Below, piece after piece: positions 12,792 to 25,936 of a DNA stretch of 64,000 bases; the stretch's first letter is position 1, and each line of letters starts with the position of its first letter. Source of the stretch: Amphiscolops sp. MND2022 (taxonomy: Eukaryota); contig OZ076409.1 in the NCBI GenBank assembly GCA_964187785.1, forward strand, positions 34,844,001-34,908,000. Reading direction: 5' to 3'. The notes under the pieces are model-generated. The model was not told the DNA's origin, made no database searches, and worked only from the letters and a program-made list of their open reading frames with translations. A program made the position numbers and the translations under genes.

Positions 12792-13257
12792 GGATGATCC
12801 TAAAGCTGATACGAAACACACCCGCAAAACCATTTTGCTCTGCAAATAAACTTTCAGGGGATTACATTGGAGACATTTTTCAAAACTGTGCCTTGGTATT
12901 TTTTGAGGGTGTGTAGTGAGCAAACTTTACCACAGTCTGAATATCTTTCACATTTTGTCGAAATTTGTTTTCCAGCAAGTCCTTCCGCCTATTCTTCATT
13001 TCATCCGCTTTTTTCTGTGCAAACAAATCTGCATTTCTGTTTGACAATTTCTCAATTGGAAATATTAGACGATACCAAGTATTAGATCCAAACCCAAACC
13101 AACACTCGCTCTTCGAAGTTTCCAGTTTGTTCAGATTCGCCACATCCACCGTCAAATCAAAACGGCTGTTGATAACCAGGATACGTTCGTTTGCATCGAA
13201 AAAGCCGAAAGTGACATTGAACGTCTTCTATTCGACGCTCACGACTCCACTACTTTC

Positions 13258-14371
13258 TTGATTGGCAATGTGCCTCAGGACACCGCGGCAGAACAAATAA
13301 TGAATGATCCCATGGATCTTGAAGAAGCATCGTACGCTGTGATGAGACTCTTGAAACAGTCTGGCGTCATAATACCACGACAACTGGGAGCAGTTCTACA
13401 TCGACCAGCACTACGGGATCTCCCAACCCACAGTTGTCACCGCAAGTAACAACCGTTTCATCCGACAACAATCCGCAAACATCTCTGCGCGATGGTGTCC
13501 AAACTGCAAACGCGAGTTGTCCGAAAGTGAAAATTACTCCCTTTAACGGTAACCCAATGAACTGGAATCTTTGGCTCAGTTTATTCAAATTCTGGATTGA
13601 TAGTAAACCACTCCACGATGCCGAGAAGATGTCACACTAACAAACGTTGACAGTCGGTCGTGCCATTAAGCATTTCGCGGTTTTTTGTGTAACAGTTCGA
13701 TGTCTAGGCTGCTTTAGAGGAGATTTAACACCGTTTTGAACGGCCTGACATCCATGTCAACAGTTTCCTTGACACACTACGTACTTTCAAATAGCCAAGT
13801 TTCCAAAATCCAACAACGCTCAAGAAATTTTCTACGTTTGTCAACAACTTAGTAGAAGGCTTCCGTCATGTGGGTTTTGAGAACGCTCTGAATTCGAAAT
13901 TTTACACTCAAATAGCAGCTGATAAGTTGTCGCTGAATGACTGCCTTCGTTGGAACGAATACATTGTACAAAATCAGATAACACACGTAACTGTTAGATT
14001 TCAATTGATGGTTTCGTCAATTAGCACTAGCTTGCGGTCAGATTCCAAATGTCGAGCAATCCAACCGCCCTAGCGACAACATCAACGACCGTCCCTGTCA
14101 TAGTGCTCCGTCTAAGCGACTTGACGAACCGAAATGTCCACTCGATAACCAAAACTACTACCTTGGACCTTGTGAAACCGTTAGAAACTTGTCTGCTGCA
14201 AATAGGAAGAAGAAATGCGTTGAAATGAAAATTTGTTTTAAATGCTTGGGTTCACATACTGTAAAGGAATGTAAAAGTCATTCTCGATGTAAATCAAGCT
14301 ATCGTACGCATACATTACTCAATGGACACCAGATTAAACAACGTGGCGTGAAAACGGGTCATCAAGGGTAA
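13258..14371 (+). pseudogene. Degenerate BEL/Pao gag remnant (DUF1759-like region and zinc knuckles)
   Basis: KITPFNGNPMNWNLWLSLFKFWID resembles the BEL gag P.F.G....W..F...F motif. RKKKCVEMKICFKCLGSHTVKECKSHSRCK is a BEL-type CCHC knuckle. Multiple stops and frameshifts. Confidence 0.75.
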
Positions 14372-15385
14372 AAAGACAATGGCTGTTGTTACAATAGCCC
14401 AATTTCAGATAATTACGCCATTTAAAACATGTTCCATTTTCATAATCGTTGTGTGGTCCATGAATATATCGTTTCGTAATTTCTATACTTTCAATTTACT
14501 GGTTTATGCTCGAATTGAGGTATCATACATTCAAGGTCTTCCACAACAAAGAATCTTCTGGTTTCTGATTCTCAAGCAAAAAATACTTTTTTCGCAAACT
14601 TCAATATTTTATCATTTCCTGGAGGAGGATCAAGTCCGTTCGGCTATTTCTATCGTCTGCCAGTGAATTTGAAACGATAGGTTCATTGGAGGTAATGACC
14701 TTTTCGAGTTCCAAAGACCTTCCAGTGTTTCTCCCCAATTTGCGACTGGCCAACTCATGGAACCTGCTGAACATTTGAAGGAGTTATCAAGTAAGGTCTT
14801 CATCATCGGCATTCGTCGTCGATGAAATTTACATGAAAGCTCAAGGCAGTCAACAGTCTACTAGCTGGAAAATCTCTTTCAACGACTTTACGGCAATTTA
14901 GAGGGATATCCAGTTCTATTTACATGTGACATTCACACAAAATCAGACGGCGTACATCTTACTGAAAAGCACTCAGCGGAATCAAATCAAATCTAAAGAA
15001 AAAGATACTTCGAAATCGTTTCAATTCAGTTTGTTTTAGACAATGCTGGTCATGCCGGTTATTTTAAATGTGCAGGAAATTGCAGATGTGAATCTGCAAA
15101 AAAAATTTTGCTGAATTAAAATCAATCAGTTTGATACTACTTGCTGCTCTCTTCAGCCCCGGTACTTTCCACTGGCTAAACCACCCGACGCTCTTTCCAG
15201 CCCACGTTTTTGAGTTCCACTGGCTGACTGCAAGCTACTCCCGCTAATGAAATTTCTGGTTTGAAGACATTACAAGGTACTGATAAAAACTTTAGATGTA
15301 TTCAAAAACTTGCTTTTCCTCAGTTTACGTTCCTTATTCTTGTTTCCCAGTTTCTTTGAATTCGCAGAGCAAAACGGGGCCCGCC

Positions 15386-15923
15386 GTCACAAATGACTTA
15401 ATGGCTTTTATGAAGAAATTTTATCAAAGAATTTTGCAATATCAATCAACTTCATGATGAATTTCTCTTTCACGACTTATTCGGACCTTTGTTCCTACTT
15501 TGCCTTGACTGGTCAGACATCCCCTACTCTCAATGAATTATAGACATTATTATATAGACTAAATGTAACAAACTATGATGAATGAACTGAATTAACGCAA
15601 GAGGTTTATAACTGAACTCTCTTAATTCTAACAACAGTGTTTCAGATCAGAAAATCTTCAAAACAAGACAATTGAGTCAAAAAGTAGACTTGAAATTTAA
15701 AACGTTTTCGTGCATAGTCTGTGAACTTTTCGTAACGTTTCGAGGGTTAAAATAATAAAATGGTTCGCCAACAAACACAGTTGATATCCAGTTGGTTTTT
15801 TTAGGAGGTATTTGCTGATTTGTAATTCGGAATTGTCTCAATCTGAACCGAATTATGTATAAAAAATCGAAAGTTTCCTTTTCTGACACTTTCAGTGATT
15901 GTTTGTGAAGCTTTCTATGAACT
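15386..15923. repeat. Diverged ~540-bp direct repeat, copy 2 (candidate old LTR)
   Basis: Homologous to 12242-12791 and preceded by GGGGCCCGC, which resembles a BEL PPT. Confidence 0.75.
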
Positions 15924-18710
15924 ATCTCAGAATGACCTAAATGAGTCGAAAAGCCAAAACGTTTCCGAAAAACGAATTTTGTGGGAAACTTCGTTAATTT
16001 CCTACATTAGAAAACAGAAAAGAATCTTTGGCAAACAAACGCGAAACAGAGTACAGATTTTGAAATTCAATTGCAGTCAAGATGACCTTGGAATAACTGA
16101 GTTATTATAAGAAAAATGCCTCAACTTCACTCCAAAAAAAAACAAAACCCAAATTTTATCAGTTTGTCGTTCTCCTGCAGTTTGAGTCAAATTTTTGAAA
16201 GTTTTTTTGGCTAAGAAAACTCAAAATACTCGCAAACGAACAGACTACAAATTCAGTATGGTTTTTGGAGATAGTCGCAATATTTTGCTTCAAAATCACT
16301 TCAAAAATGACCATGAAGAGTCCGAATTGAAAAAAATCCAAATTCAACTATGCAAAATTCCAGTTTTTTGAGAAATTTCCATCGTTGGAAGAATGAAAAT
16401 GTTTAACCACGTCGTAATGCGTTCTTCAGTAGGCTTTTTCAAAGTCAATTGCAGTTTCACCTTAGAAAAGAGTCTCAAGATAACCCCAAATTATTGAAAA
16501 AAGACAAATTTTGGCAGTTGTTTGACAAATTACTGAACTTCTAATGAAGTTTACAAAATATTCGTAAAATTCTAAAAATCTACCTTTTTAAATATGCATG
16601 AAGAATTTTAAAAAAACTTACAACATTGTATACACAAAAATCGTCAGAAGTAGGTGAAAAATCCATTTTTTGATTTTCAAATATTGATAAACTTTTTTGT
16701 AAACCTTTCGAGCAGTTTTGTAATTCAAGAACGACTTGATCCGTTATCTAAAAAGCGTTTTTAAACAGACATCTACAGTTTCTCAGAAAGGTCCTTCAAT
16801 TACCGCAACGTTGTCGAAGAAACAAAATTTTCCAAAATTTGACGTTTTTGGCGACTTCGCGCAAGAAAAATGATTGGTAAGGTTTTGGGATACACACAAA
16901 CCGACAAAACAAATATGTGTTTGATGTGTGCTTGAAGTGTTTCCTCCCGAAATGGGATGACATTATTCAAAAAGTGTCAAACCTTTTTTCATCAAACCAC
17001 TATGCGTTTTCTTCGTACAATGGCAACTCTTGAGTCTCAAAAGTATGTTATTGCTAGAACAGTTTGGACGGAAAATATCCTGCTGGTCAGCTGGCGTCTT
17101 TTTCGTTGTTTTTTGTCAGCCCCAGTTTTCTTGCCGATTTCAAAAATTTGAAAAATACTTTTTTGAATTGAGTTTTACCTTGAAAATTTATCCGATGTTT
17201 GAATGCCCGCCAAAGTTGGTTTTGTTATTTTCTGCCAATACTTTTTCCACGTTTTCGTGTGTTTGAAAGTCCACTGAGTTCAACAACAAAACGAAAAATT
17301 ACATATCTTGCTAATATGAGCTACATATGCATGCTACATAGCAAACTTTTTTTATGAAGACTAAAAAATGCATCAAATTGTCCCAAAACTGCCAATGTTT
17401 TCTTATGTTTGACATACATTCTGTAAAACTTTTCTACTATTATTTTATTGGAATGAATATCCACAGAAGTTAACGATCAAAACATTAGGCTACTAATCAT
17501 GCTTTATTACCAAAATTTGAACTTTTTGTGAAAAGAAAATGCCTAAAATGAAACAAAGACGAAAGGTGTCAAATTTATCAAGTATTTCGAACTTTTTGTG
17601 CAATTTCAGTACTTTGGCTCTGCTCGCGCCCAAAAATATGTTGTCGCTAAAGCAAATCAGGGTAGAAACGTTCAGTGGGCGTCTTGTAGCATAAAAATTT
17701 GGTATATTTCAAGTTATGCCGAAAAGTTTCAGCTTGCAAGTGTTCAAAAATCACAGTTCATTTTTTCAACAGATTACATTGCTCGTCGTCAACATAGAGC
17801 AATAACCATTGCAGCAAAATAAAAAACAACACATAAAAATATGACAAATATCATCCCACTCTCATTGTGAAAAATCGCCATAAATATGCAGTTATGTTAA
17901 CATTCATTATCGCTGCGCTTCGTTATTACAAAAGCAATTAGCAATAAAAAATGAAAGTATCAACTCCGAAATGTGCTCAACTGTTTGTTATGCTATTTTT
18001 ACCTGTTAACACCTACTGTTTCCCGCTGCTTTTACTACTACTAGAGCTGTGAACAAAAAAGGTTAAATTAGACTAACTTTTGAATATCATTTTCACACTT
18101 AGCGTGGGAGTCTTATTTTCAATTATTATTTTCTATGACTTTCAGTTGATCGAGGGTTTCTCGACTCCATCACTTATTAAAGGGTTAAAATTTCGAAAAT
18201 GAATTTTTATTCCCTTCCCACGAAAAGCCCCTTCAGCACCTGAATATTTTCCGCCATGGTTTTTTGGCGACAACATATTTTTTGGGACTCAAGGGTAGTT
18301 GATACATTACGAACCTTGGACAAAAAGTTCAAAAATCGTGTAAATTTTTCACTTTTAGGATTTTAGGAATTAACAGAAAACTTACCGCGAGAATTTTTAA
18401 AACAAAAAAATAAAACAGAAAACCCAACACACTTGTAGTAACACTCAGTAATCAAATCAATTAAGGATGGTTCGAATCTTCAGAGAAGTCGAGTCTTTCA
18501 CCAGTCATTTCGGTATCACTTCAGATGTGAGAAAGTTCCTGAATAATTGAAAAGTTCAATTGCTTTGTTTGCAGAAGTTTTTGTTAACATATGTTAAAAT
18601 TTTTGTCTGAAGCTTTCATTTTTTTTCGTTTTTTTTTCGTTCACCTTGTAGCAATTGTCAAAACAATGAAGCGCGTAAAGTACTTATTCGAACACTCAAT
18701 TCTTGAAACT

Positions 18711-18851
18711 TTGTCAACGTCTATTCTTGAAGAACTTCAAAATTACTGTTTCAACTTGTCGATCATCGAAAATATTGAAACCTTGATCTGATATTGAACT
18801 GAAAATTGACCTCTTAATGCCTATTTGATGCCCAAGAATAGACGTTGACAA
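18711..18851. repeat. 19-bp perfect inverted repeat with a ~100-bp spacer
   Basis: TTGTCAACGTCTATTCTTG (18711-18729) and CAAGAATAGACGTTGACAA (18833-18851). Confidence 0.7.
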
Positions 18852-20292
18852 GACTTCAATATTTTCAATTATAAGCTCTGCTAATTGTTAAAATTTTGTT
18901 CTAACAAACAAATTATAAGTATAATTTTTTATTAGCATTATGATTAGCAAAGATAGAGACATTTTCCGCAGTTGTCTTCAAGTGTTTAATTTTTCCTCGT
19001 GAAATGCTTTGCGTTTTCTGAAATACTTGAAAATGTATCGAGGTCTAGATGTCTTCAATGTTTTTATCAATTGAGTTCACTAATAATGAGTAAACATGAG
19101 AACCAAGTAGAAGTTTCTATTTTGATCAAATCTTTGGCTCACATGCTGTTTTAAATCGGTTTCGAGTTAGTTGTTGACAGATCTCTGTTTTCGGGAGCTT
19201 ATGAATTTTAAGTGCTCCGATTTTGTTTTTGAAACCGACAATACATGCAGTTGATTTTTTAGCTCTCCTAATGTACGCCGATGGTAGCAAGACCCAATTT
19301 GGCTATTATTCTGACGTCATTGTACTATTTTTTGAGCTCTCGAATCTCGACATATTTGTCAACAACTATTTTGAAACAGCTTTGGAACTTTTATTTCAGC
19401 TTGTCAATCATCCAAATTGACTACCGTAGTTCGAAATGCATTTACTTCGAACATCAAAAATGATATTGAGATATCAAGTATTTCTAACTGAAGATATTCA
19501 GAAATTCTCACACGATCTGAAGCATCTCGATTACGTTATGGCATATCCATTTCGAAAGATTGACAAAATTTGACAAACAATGCATTCTCGAGATTAACAA
19601 ATTTTACGCGGTCCGTTTTTGGGACATCTACACTAGCCAACAAAAAAGCGTCGATGGCAAAAAATAACCTAATAAAGCAGCTACAACCATCTAAGCATTA
19701 AAACAGAAAATGACTCACAGAAAGGGTAAGATTTAAGCATTTTAAACAATCGATATAAAGTATGACCTCCTCGAGCATAACAAACTTCTATTCGGTTCAG
19801 AATTGAACTGGATACGATTTATGAAACTTTGGGCACAGGCGTCTATATATAGTTCAGTTCTGAAGCAAGTGCTGCTTGGTTTTGGTGTTTAGGGTTTACT
19901 TTCCGGAAGGATTGTTTATGATAACCCCATAGGTGTCCGATGGGATTGAGAGATGGCGACATACTTGGTCAGGATGAGGTTGGTATTCGCTGTTAAGATG
20001 AAAAGACTCGCCTCTTGGGAATAGGCTAGTTGATCTACCATATCGGTACTTGCCTGCTACAAAACTTCTTTCAATCAATTTTTTCATAACGTTCTTACAG
20101 TAGAACTAACGGCCAATATACAGCACCCTGCTTCGAACATTACGATAATAAGCAACAGTTGAATGACCGAAAAGCGTTGCGTTGCTTTTTAGTCGGCGCT
20201 TCATGAAGTGAAACGCGACTATTATAGTGACTCTTTTTTTTCTATCCACACAAACTGACCAAAATAGTTCTTAAAAGTTCTATAAAATATTA

Positions 20293-21513
20293 TTGCACCA
20301 AATTGCGCATTTAAATAACATTTTCAAAATTGATTCGATGAAGAAAGACAGTGCAGACAGCTTGAGGAAACTCATTGGTATTTTTATTGAGAATGAGATG
20401 GCTCTTAGTGCCTTGGGAATTGACACAAAAAGTTGTGACTTCGTTTGGGTGCATATACTCTCCGAAAAACTGGATTCTGAAACTGCTCGTGAGTGGCAGT
20501 TGAGTAATGCTGATGGAAAATTGCAATCAATGGAGCAATTGAGAAAGTTTCTCGAACGTCGTGCTCGTGCATTAGAGGCATCTGGCCGATCTTTAGAAAC
20601 CACTCGCGAGTTGACGCGAGAAAAAAGGGCTGAAAGAGAAACCTGTCAAAGTTATCAGTCCAATTCAATGTCTTGTCCTGTGTGTAAAAAGGCACATCGG
20701 ATATACGCCTGTCCAGCTTTCTTGTCTTTATCACTTAATGAAAGACATCAAAGGATTAAAGAACTTAGACTTTGCTTCAACTGTCTGAAAGAAGGTCATA
20801 GTATCAAGAGTTGTTCCTCGAAAAAGTTATGCCAAACCTGTAACAAAAAACACAACACATTGTTACATCGGGTTGATACTGCCTCAGTTCACTTTACTGA
20901 AAATGCCCATACCACAAATGACGATCCTCAATTTACAGGACATCAGCAGGAGTCAAGTTACACGACAGTTCTTCCTACTGCTATTGTTTCTGTAATTGAT
21001 TCACAAAATAAACTTGTACAATGCCGGGCTTTATTGGATAGTGGCTCGCAACTTAGCTTTATCACTGAAAAATTGGCTGATGCATTGAATCTAAACAAAG
21101 ATGATGTAAACTTGAACCTGAGTGGTATCGGCGGCAAGGCAAAAGATGTTAAAGCTGGTCGTGTCAAACTTGTTTTGAAATCTGGACCGAAACAAGTCAA
21201 TGTGTCTGCATACATTTTGAAACAACTAACAAATTGCATACCGAGTAAACTTCTGAACGTTCCTATAACACCTACCAATATCTCTTTGGCCGATCCCAAT
21301 TTCAATGTCTCCAAACCAGTGGACATGATATTAGGTGCGGATGTCTTCGAAGAATTGATGGAAAATCAACGCCGGGAAATTTCTCCTGGTTTGTTTTTAC
21401 GTAAAACGATTTTTGGATGGGTGTTGATTGGAAAACAGAACGAATCAACAAATTCTTTCATCTCTTGTCATGCCTCCATTGACGAAACTTTGAGAAAGTT
21501 TTTGGGAAGTTGA
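20293..21513 (+). pseudogene. BEL/Pao gag (three zinc knuckles) and aspartic protease, ending at a frameshift
   Basis: CPVCKKAHRIYAC, CFNCLKEGHSIKSC, CQTCNKKHNTLLH and protease RALLDSGSQLSFI. An extra T in AAGTTTTTGGGAA (near 21500) breaks the expected LRKFWE motif. Confidence 0.92.
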
Positions 21514-21532
21514 GACTCTACCTCAAAGAAAG

Positions 21533-23983
21533 TTGCCAACTGAAGAAGAATTGCTATGTGAGAAAATCTTTCAAGAAACCACAAGGGTTGTCGACAATCG
21601 TTTCGTAGTCAAGTTGCCTTTCAAAAAAGATGCGATTTTAGGTGAAAGCTTAACTCAAGCTCAACGCAGATTCAGTTCATTGGAACGTCGGTTGGACACT
21701 AATCCCGAATTGAGAAAACGGTATGGTGATTTTGTTGATGAATTTGTTTCACTTGACCACATGGAAGTCGTTCCTGAAAATGAAATCAACAAACCTGATA
21801 GTGATGTTTACTATCTACCTCATCATTGTGTCTTCAAAGAAGACTCAACAACAACGAAGTTACGTATAGTCTTCGATGGTTCTGCGAAGACTTCGAATGG
21901 ACTTTCACTGAACGAAAGTCTCATGGTTGGACCAGTCGTTCAGAATGATCTGTTTACTATTCTGAATCAATTCCGTTGCAAGCCTATAGCGCTATCAGCG
22001 GACATTGCCAAAATGTACCGTCAAGTCGAACTAGATGCACCTGACAAAGACTTTCATCGTCTTCTGTGGCGCAGCAAAAAAGATGAAAAAGTGAAACATA
22101 TGCGAATGAAGCGAGTTACCTACGGAATTGCTTCTTCTGCTTTCCACTCCACTCGCTGCCTAAAGGAAGTTGCTAATCGGACAAATAACCATACAGTCGC
22201 TGACGCAATCAATAATTCATTTTACGTTGATGACTTTCTCGGTGGTGCTAACACCATCACAGAAGCGCGTAATTTGATGAAAGACTTATGTACTGAGCTT
22301 TCCGCCTTCGGGTTTGAGCTCAGAAAGTGGACTTCAAGTCACCCGGAATTAACAATGGAGCTACCCCTTGAACTCCGAGAAACATCAGATGAACTTGCGC
22401 TTTTTTCAGAAGAATACAAAATAAAAGCACTTGGCATCTGTTGGAAACCCAACACTGACGAGTTTGCGTTTTCAATAGACTTATTTCCTGTCGAACAGCT
22501 GACAAAAAGAACGCTTTTCGCCGACTCTTCAAAAGTTTTTGACCCTATTGGCTGGATCGCACCAGTCATTATCGCCTTCAAGTGCCTTATCCAACAAACA
22601 TGGATTGAAGGACTTTCATGGGACGAGAAACTACCGGTTCATATTGCAAATGATTGGATGGAACTACGCACAGGTTTAGATAAACTTAACGAATTTCGGA
22701 TTCCTCGCTGTGTTGTCCCGAGTCAAATGCATACAAAACAACTTCACGTTTTCTGCGATGCATCAGAGAAGGCCTATGCAGCAGTTGTGTATTTACGCAC
22801 AGAAGATGCAGACCAAATTATCCGAGTATCGCTTCTGACTGCCAAAACTAGAGTATCACCTGTAAAACAATTATCAATGCCGCGGTTAGAACTTTGCGCC
22901 GCGCAACTTGGTGCAACATTACTGAATACCATGAGGCATATACTTGATATACACGATGTTTTCGCTTGGAGTGACAGCACCATCGTTCTGAATTGGCTCT
23001 CAAAGCTACCTCGAACTTGGAATACCTTCGTTGCAAATCGAGTAGCAAATATTCAAGAGATTCTGCCTCGAAATCATTGGGATCATGTACCGACCGAGGA
23101 TAACCCTGCAGATATTGCTTCGCGAGGTGCAACAGCTTCCCAACTATTTGAGAACAAACTTTGGTGGACAGGGCCGAATTGGCTAGAAAGTAATACAACA
23201 CATTGGCCTCATTATAGGCCCACTAATGAAGAAAATCAAGAGAAACGAGAACCAAAAAGCGTTCTCACTCTCACTATTACTCCTCATTTCATGGACGTGG
23301 ATCGTTTTTCTAAATTGAAAACATTAGTTCGAGTTTTTGCATTCATACAAAGATTCATCAACATTCTGAAAAAGGATCGCAGCAATTTCGGAACACCTTT
23401 AACAGCTACTGATTTATCTAACGCCAACTTTCGAATGATTTCCTTTGAACAAAAGAGATATTTCTCTGAAGAATTCAATTTGTTGAAAAACCAAGAAGAG
23501 CTTCCGAAATCTTCGAACATGCGGAATTTGACACCTTTTTATGATGCCGAGTTTGATGTTCTGCGAGTAGGAGGTCGAATGGGCAATTCTAACTTCAACG
23601 AGTTGAAGAAGTTTCCACTGCTTATCCCAAAAGGCTCACCTCTTGTTCCTCTCATAATTAGACACTTCCATGAAGAGACTCTTCATGGTGGGGGCCTTTT
23701 GACAAATGCTGCTATCAGAGAGCAGTACTGGATCATTGGTGCTAAACCGCAAATCAATAAAGTAATGAAAAATTGTGTCAAATGCTGTCGTTACTCTTTG
23801 AAACCACCGTTCCAGCTAATGGCTGATCTACCAGCCGAACGAGTCACACAGGCCAGACCCTTCTCTCAATGTGGTCTCGATTTTGCTGGACCAATAATGA
23901 CTAAATTACCTGATTCTGCATGTCAAAAAAGATATATCGCTTTGTTTGTGTGCTTTATAACTAAAGCTATACATCTTGAATAA
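21533..23983 (+). pseudogene. BEL/Pao pol: reverse transcriptase, RNase H and integrase Zn finger
   Basis: YYLPHHCV, RIVFDGS, ADIAKMYRQV, FYVDDFL (RT); LHVFCDASEKAYAAVVY and PRLELCAA (RNase H); HEETLHGG...CVKC and GLDFAGPI (integrase). Ends at a premature TAA where AIHLELV is expected. Confidence 0.95.
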
Positions 23984-23992
23984 GTCTCAAAT

Positions 23993-24754
23993 TTGACGAA
24001 AGAAGCCTGTATTCTTGCATTGAAACGATTTTCGGCTAGGCGCGGTACCCCAACAAAACTTTTTAGTGACAATGGATCCAATTTCATTGGAGCTAGAAAT
24101 GACTTAATCAAACTTCAAGAAATCCTCTCAAGCAAGGAAGAGAATTCTTTGTTTGTGTATGCTAATCAAAAAGGTTCTCAGTGGATAACTATTCCCAGCA
24201 GATCTCCACATTTCGGTGGCTTATGGGAAGCGGGTGTGAAAAGCATGAAGCGACACTTACGCCGGATTGTTGGTCAGCAGAAATTAAGCAATGAAGAATT
24301 ATTGACAGTTCTGACACTGATTGAAGCCATTTTGAATTCCAGACCATTAACTCCCCTCTCCAATGACCCTAATGACTTAGCACCGCTGACTCCTGCACAT
24401 TTTTTAATTGGTAGTTCTTTCAATCCCGTACCAACATCCAATCTTCAGTTGCCGCTGAACACTAGATTTCGTCTTATACAACAAATTCAGAAGGACTTCT
24501 GGGATGCTTGGAAACGAGACTATCTTGTAACTTTACAAGTACGGAAAAAATGGTTCACTAACGGACCAGAAATTAATCGTGACGATTTGGTCCTGATAGC
24601 TGATGATGACCTCAAACCGCTCCAATGGAAAACTGGTCGTGTAGTGGAACTTTACTCCGGAAACGACAATATTACAAGAGTTGTTAAGCTGAAAACTTCC
24701 ACCGGAGAAATGATTAGACCAGTTATAAAACTGAGAAAACTTCCAATTGAATAA
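23993..24754 (+). pseudogene. BEL/Pao integrase core and C-terminal (DUF5641-like) domain
   Basis: Same frame as the preceding ORF. FSARRGTPTKLFSDNGSNF, PHFGGLWEAGVKSMK, LNSRPLT, LTPAHFLIG, WKTGRVVELY. Confidence 0.93.
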
Positions 24755-24798
24755 CTTTGAATTCTTTCCATAATTGATGTTGATCAAGGGGTGCGGTA

Positions 24799-25045
24799 TG
24801 TTGAGTTTTATTTTAATTTAATTTAATATTCCATGATTTGACGCATGAACACTTTTATAAATACTGATGAAAACTTTTCATGATTATTGAATGACTTTTA
24901 GCGCGAAATACTTTGACTCATTGTTTTTCTTGAAATCTTTGATATTAGTCACTTTGATCAAAAAGAGATTAATTCCGTCCAAGAATTTTTGCTATCAAGC
25001 TATAGCGTAAACAAAGAGCAACTGCCAGTGCAGCAGAATTCTACA
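24799..25045 (+). repeat. BEL/Pao 3' LTR (end approximate)
   Basis: TGTTGAG start directly after the PPT; AT-rich; ends near CTACA, before the next repeat family begins. Confidence 0.6.
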
Positions 25046-25052
25046 ATACCAT

Positions 25053-25510
25053 ATCGGGCGAGACCAAAGGGTCCCCCCTTTCATTTTTTTTCGGCACTGC
25101 GAGACCTTTTTTTCGGAAAAAAATTTCCCCCAAAGGGTCCCCCTTCAATTTTTTGCTGTTTTGCGTCAGAATGGATGTTGGAAAATCCCAAAGGGTCCCC
25201 CTTTCAGTTTTTCGGCATTGTGAGATTTTTTTTCGAAAATTTGTTTTTTCTCCGAAGGGTCCCCACTTCAACTGCGACAAAAATATTGACAATTTCGGAA
25301 GTGTCCCCCATTTAGCGCGCCAGGGGCTCGCGCCAGCGGGCCTCGGCGCGCCACTCGGTCCATTTTTTTGAGTATGTAATTTTTTCGAAAAAATTTTTTC
25401 GAAACATTTTCGATTTTTGAGTACTGTAAAAGAGAACACTTGACACTTGGAAGTCTTTTTGCTATTTTTGAGCCTTGGATATGGCGCCGACTTGGGCCGG
25501 TCCCGGCTTG
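25053..25510 (+). mobile_element. Helitron-like non-autonomous repeat (family A, AAGGGTCCCCC subrepeats) with a CTTG|T 3' end
   Basis: Four CCAAAGGGTCCCC motifs about 60 bp apart. A GC-rich terminus GGCGCCGACTTGGGCCGGTCCCGG-CTTG|T matches the reverse-strand termini at 37308 and 39852. Confidence 0.55.
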
Positions 25511-25936
25511 TTTCAAACTACTTTTGCTTGCAAAAGTTCATGCTGTTCTGAGAACGGCAAGTTTTTTGCAAACAAGTTTATTGTTTCGTCCAAGCTCAGT
25601 ATCAGTGCCTACTTTAGCATTAGCATACTTAGCAGTGTATCAGTTTTCGCTCTAAACATGAAGCCACTAAAAGTAAACAAAATATCAAAAAGCTTCTCGG
25701 GACGAAGTGCGAGTCTGAACTGAGCTAATGTGGTCAAAAAACGTGTTTTACGGCACTGATGACTGGAACTCACTGCCATTCCTCGAAGTTCAAATTTTTC
25801 GGCACTGTGCGACTTACCAACATATTTTTCTTGAAAAAATTTCATCACACAATTTTATTGGAAGTTTTCTGTTCAGAGAAACCGAGTTCTTAGTCGTAAA
25901 GTTGACCTTTGTGGCACCGATGAGAATTTTTGAGAA

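Larger units (their letters stand above)
20280..25045 (+). mobile_element. BEL/Pao LTR retrotransposon, 5'-truncated (gag-PR-RT-RH-IN, PPT, 3' LTR)
   Basis: Full BEL domain order across three consecutive ORFs, and AAGGGGTGCGGTA|TGTT at the PPT/LTR junction (24786-24802). No 5' LTR. The right LTR end is approximate. Confidence 0.93.

Noticed and set aside
18480-19470. Leu-rich short ORFs suggestive of LRR/NLR remnants
   Set aside because: No consistent LxxLxL periodicity or splice structure; explained by AT-rich codon bias.
25755-25795. CTGATGA core suggestive of a hammerhead ribozyme
   Set aside because: No correctly placed GAAA or flanking stems; the other CTGANGA hits I noticed also fail.
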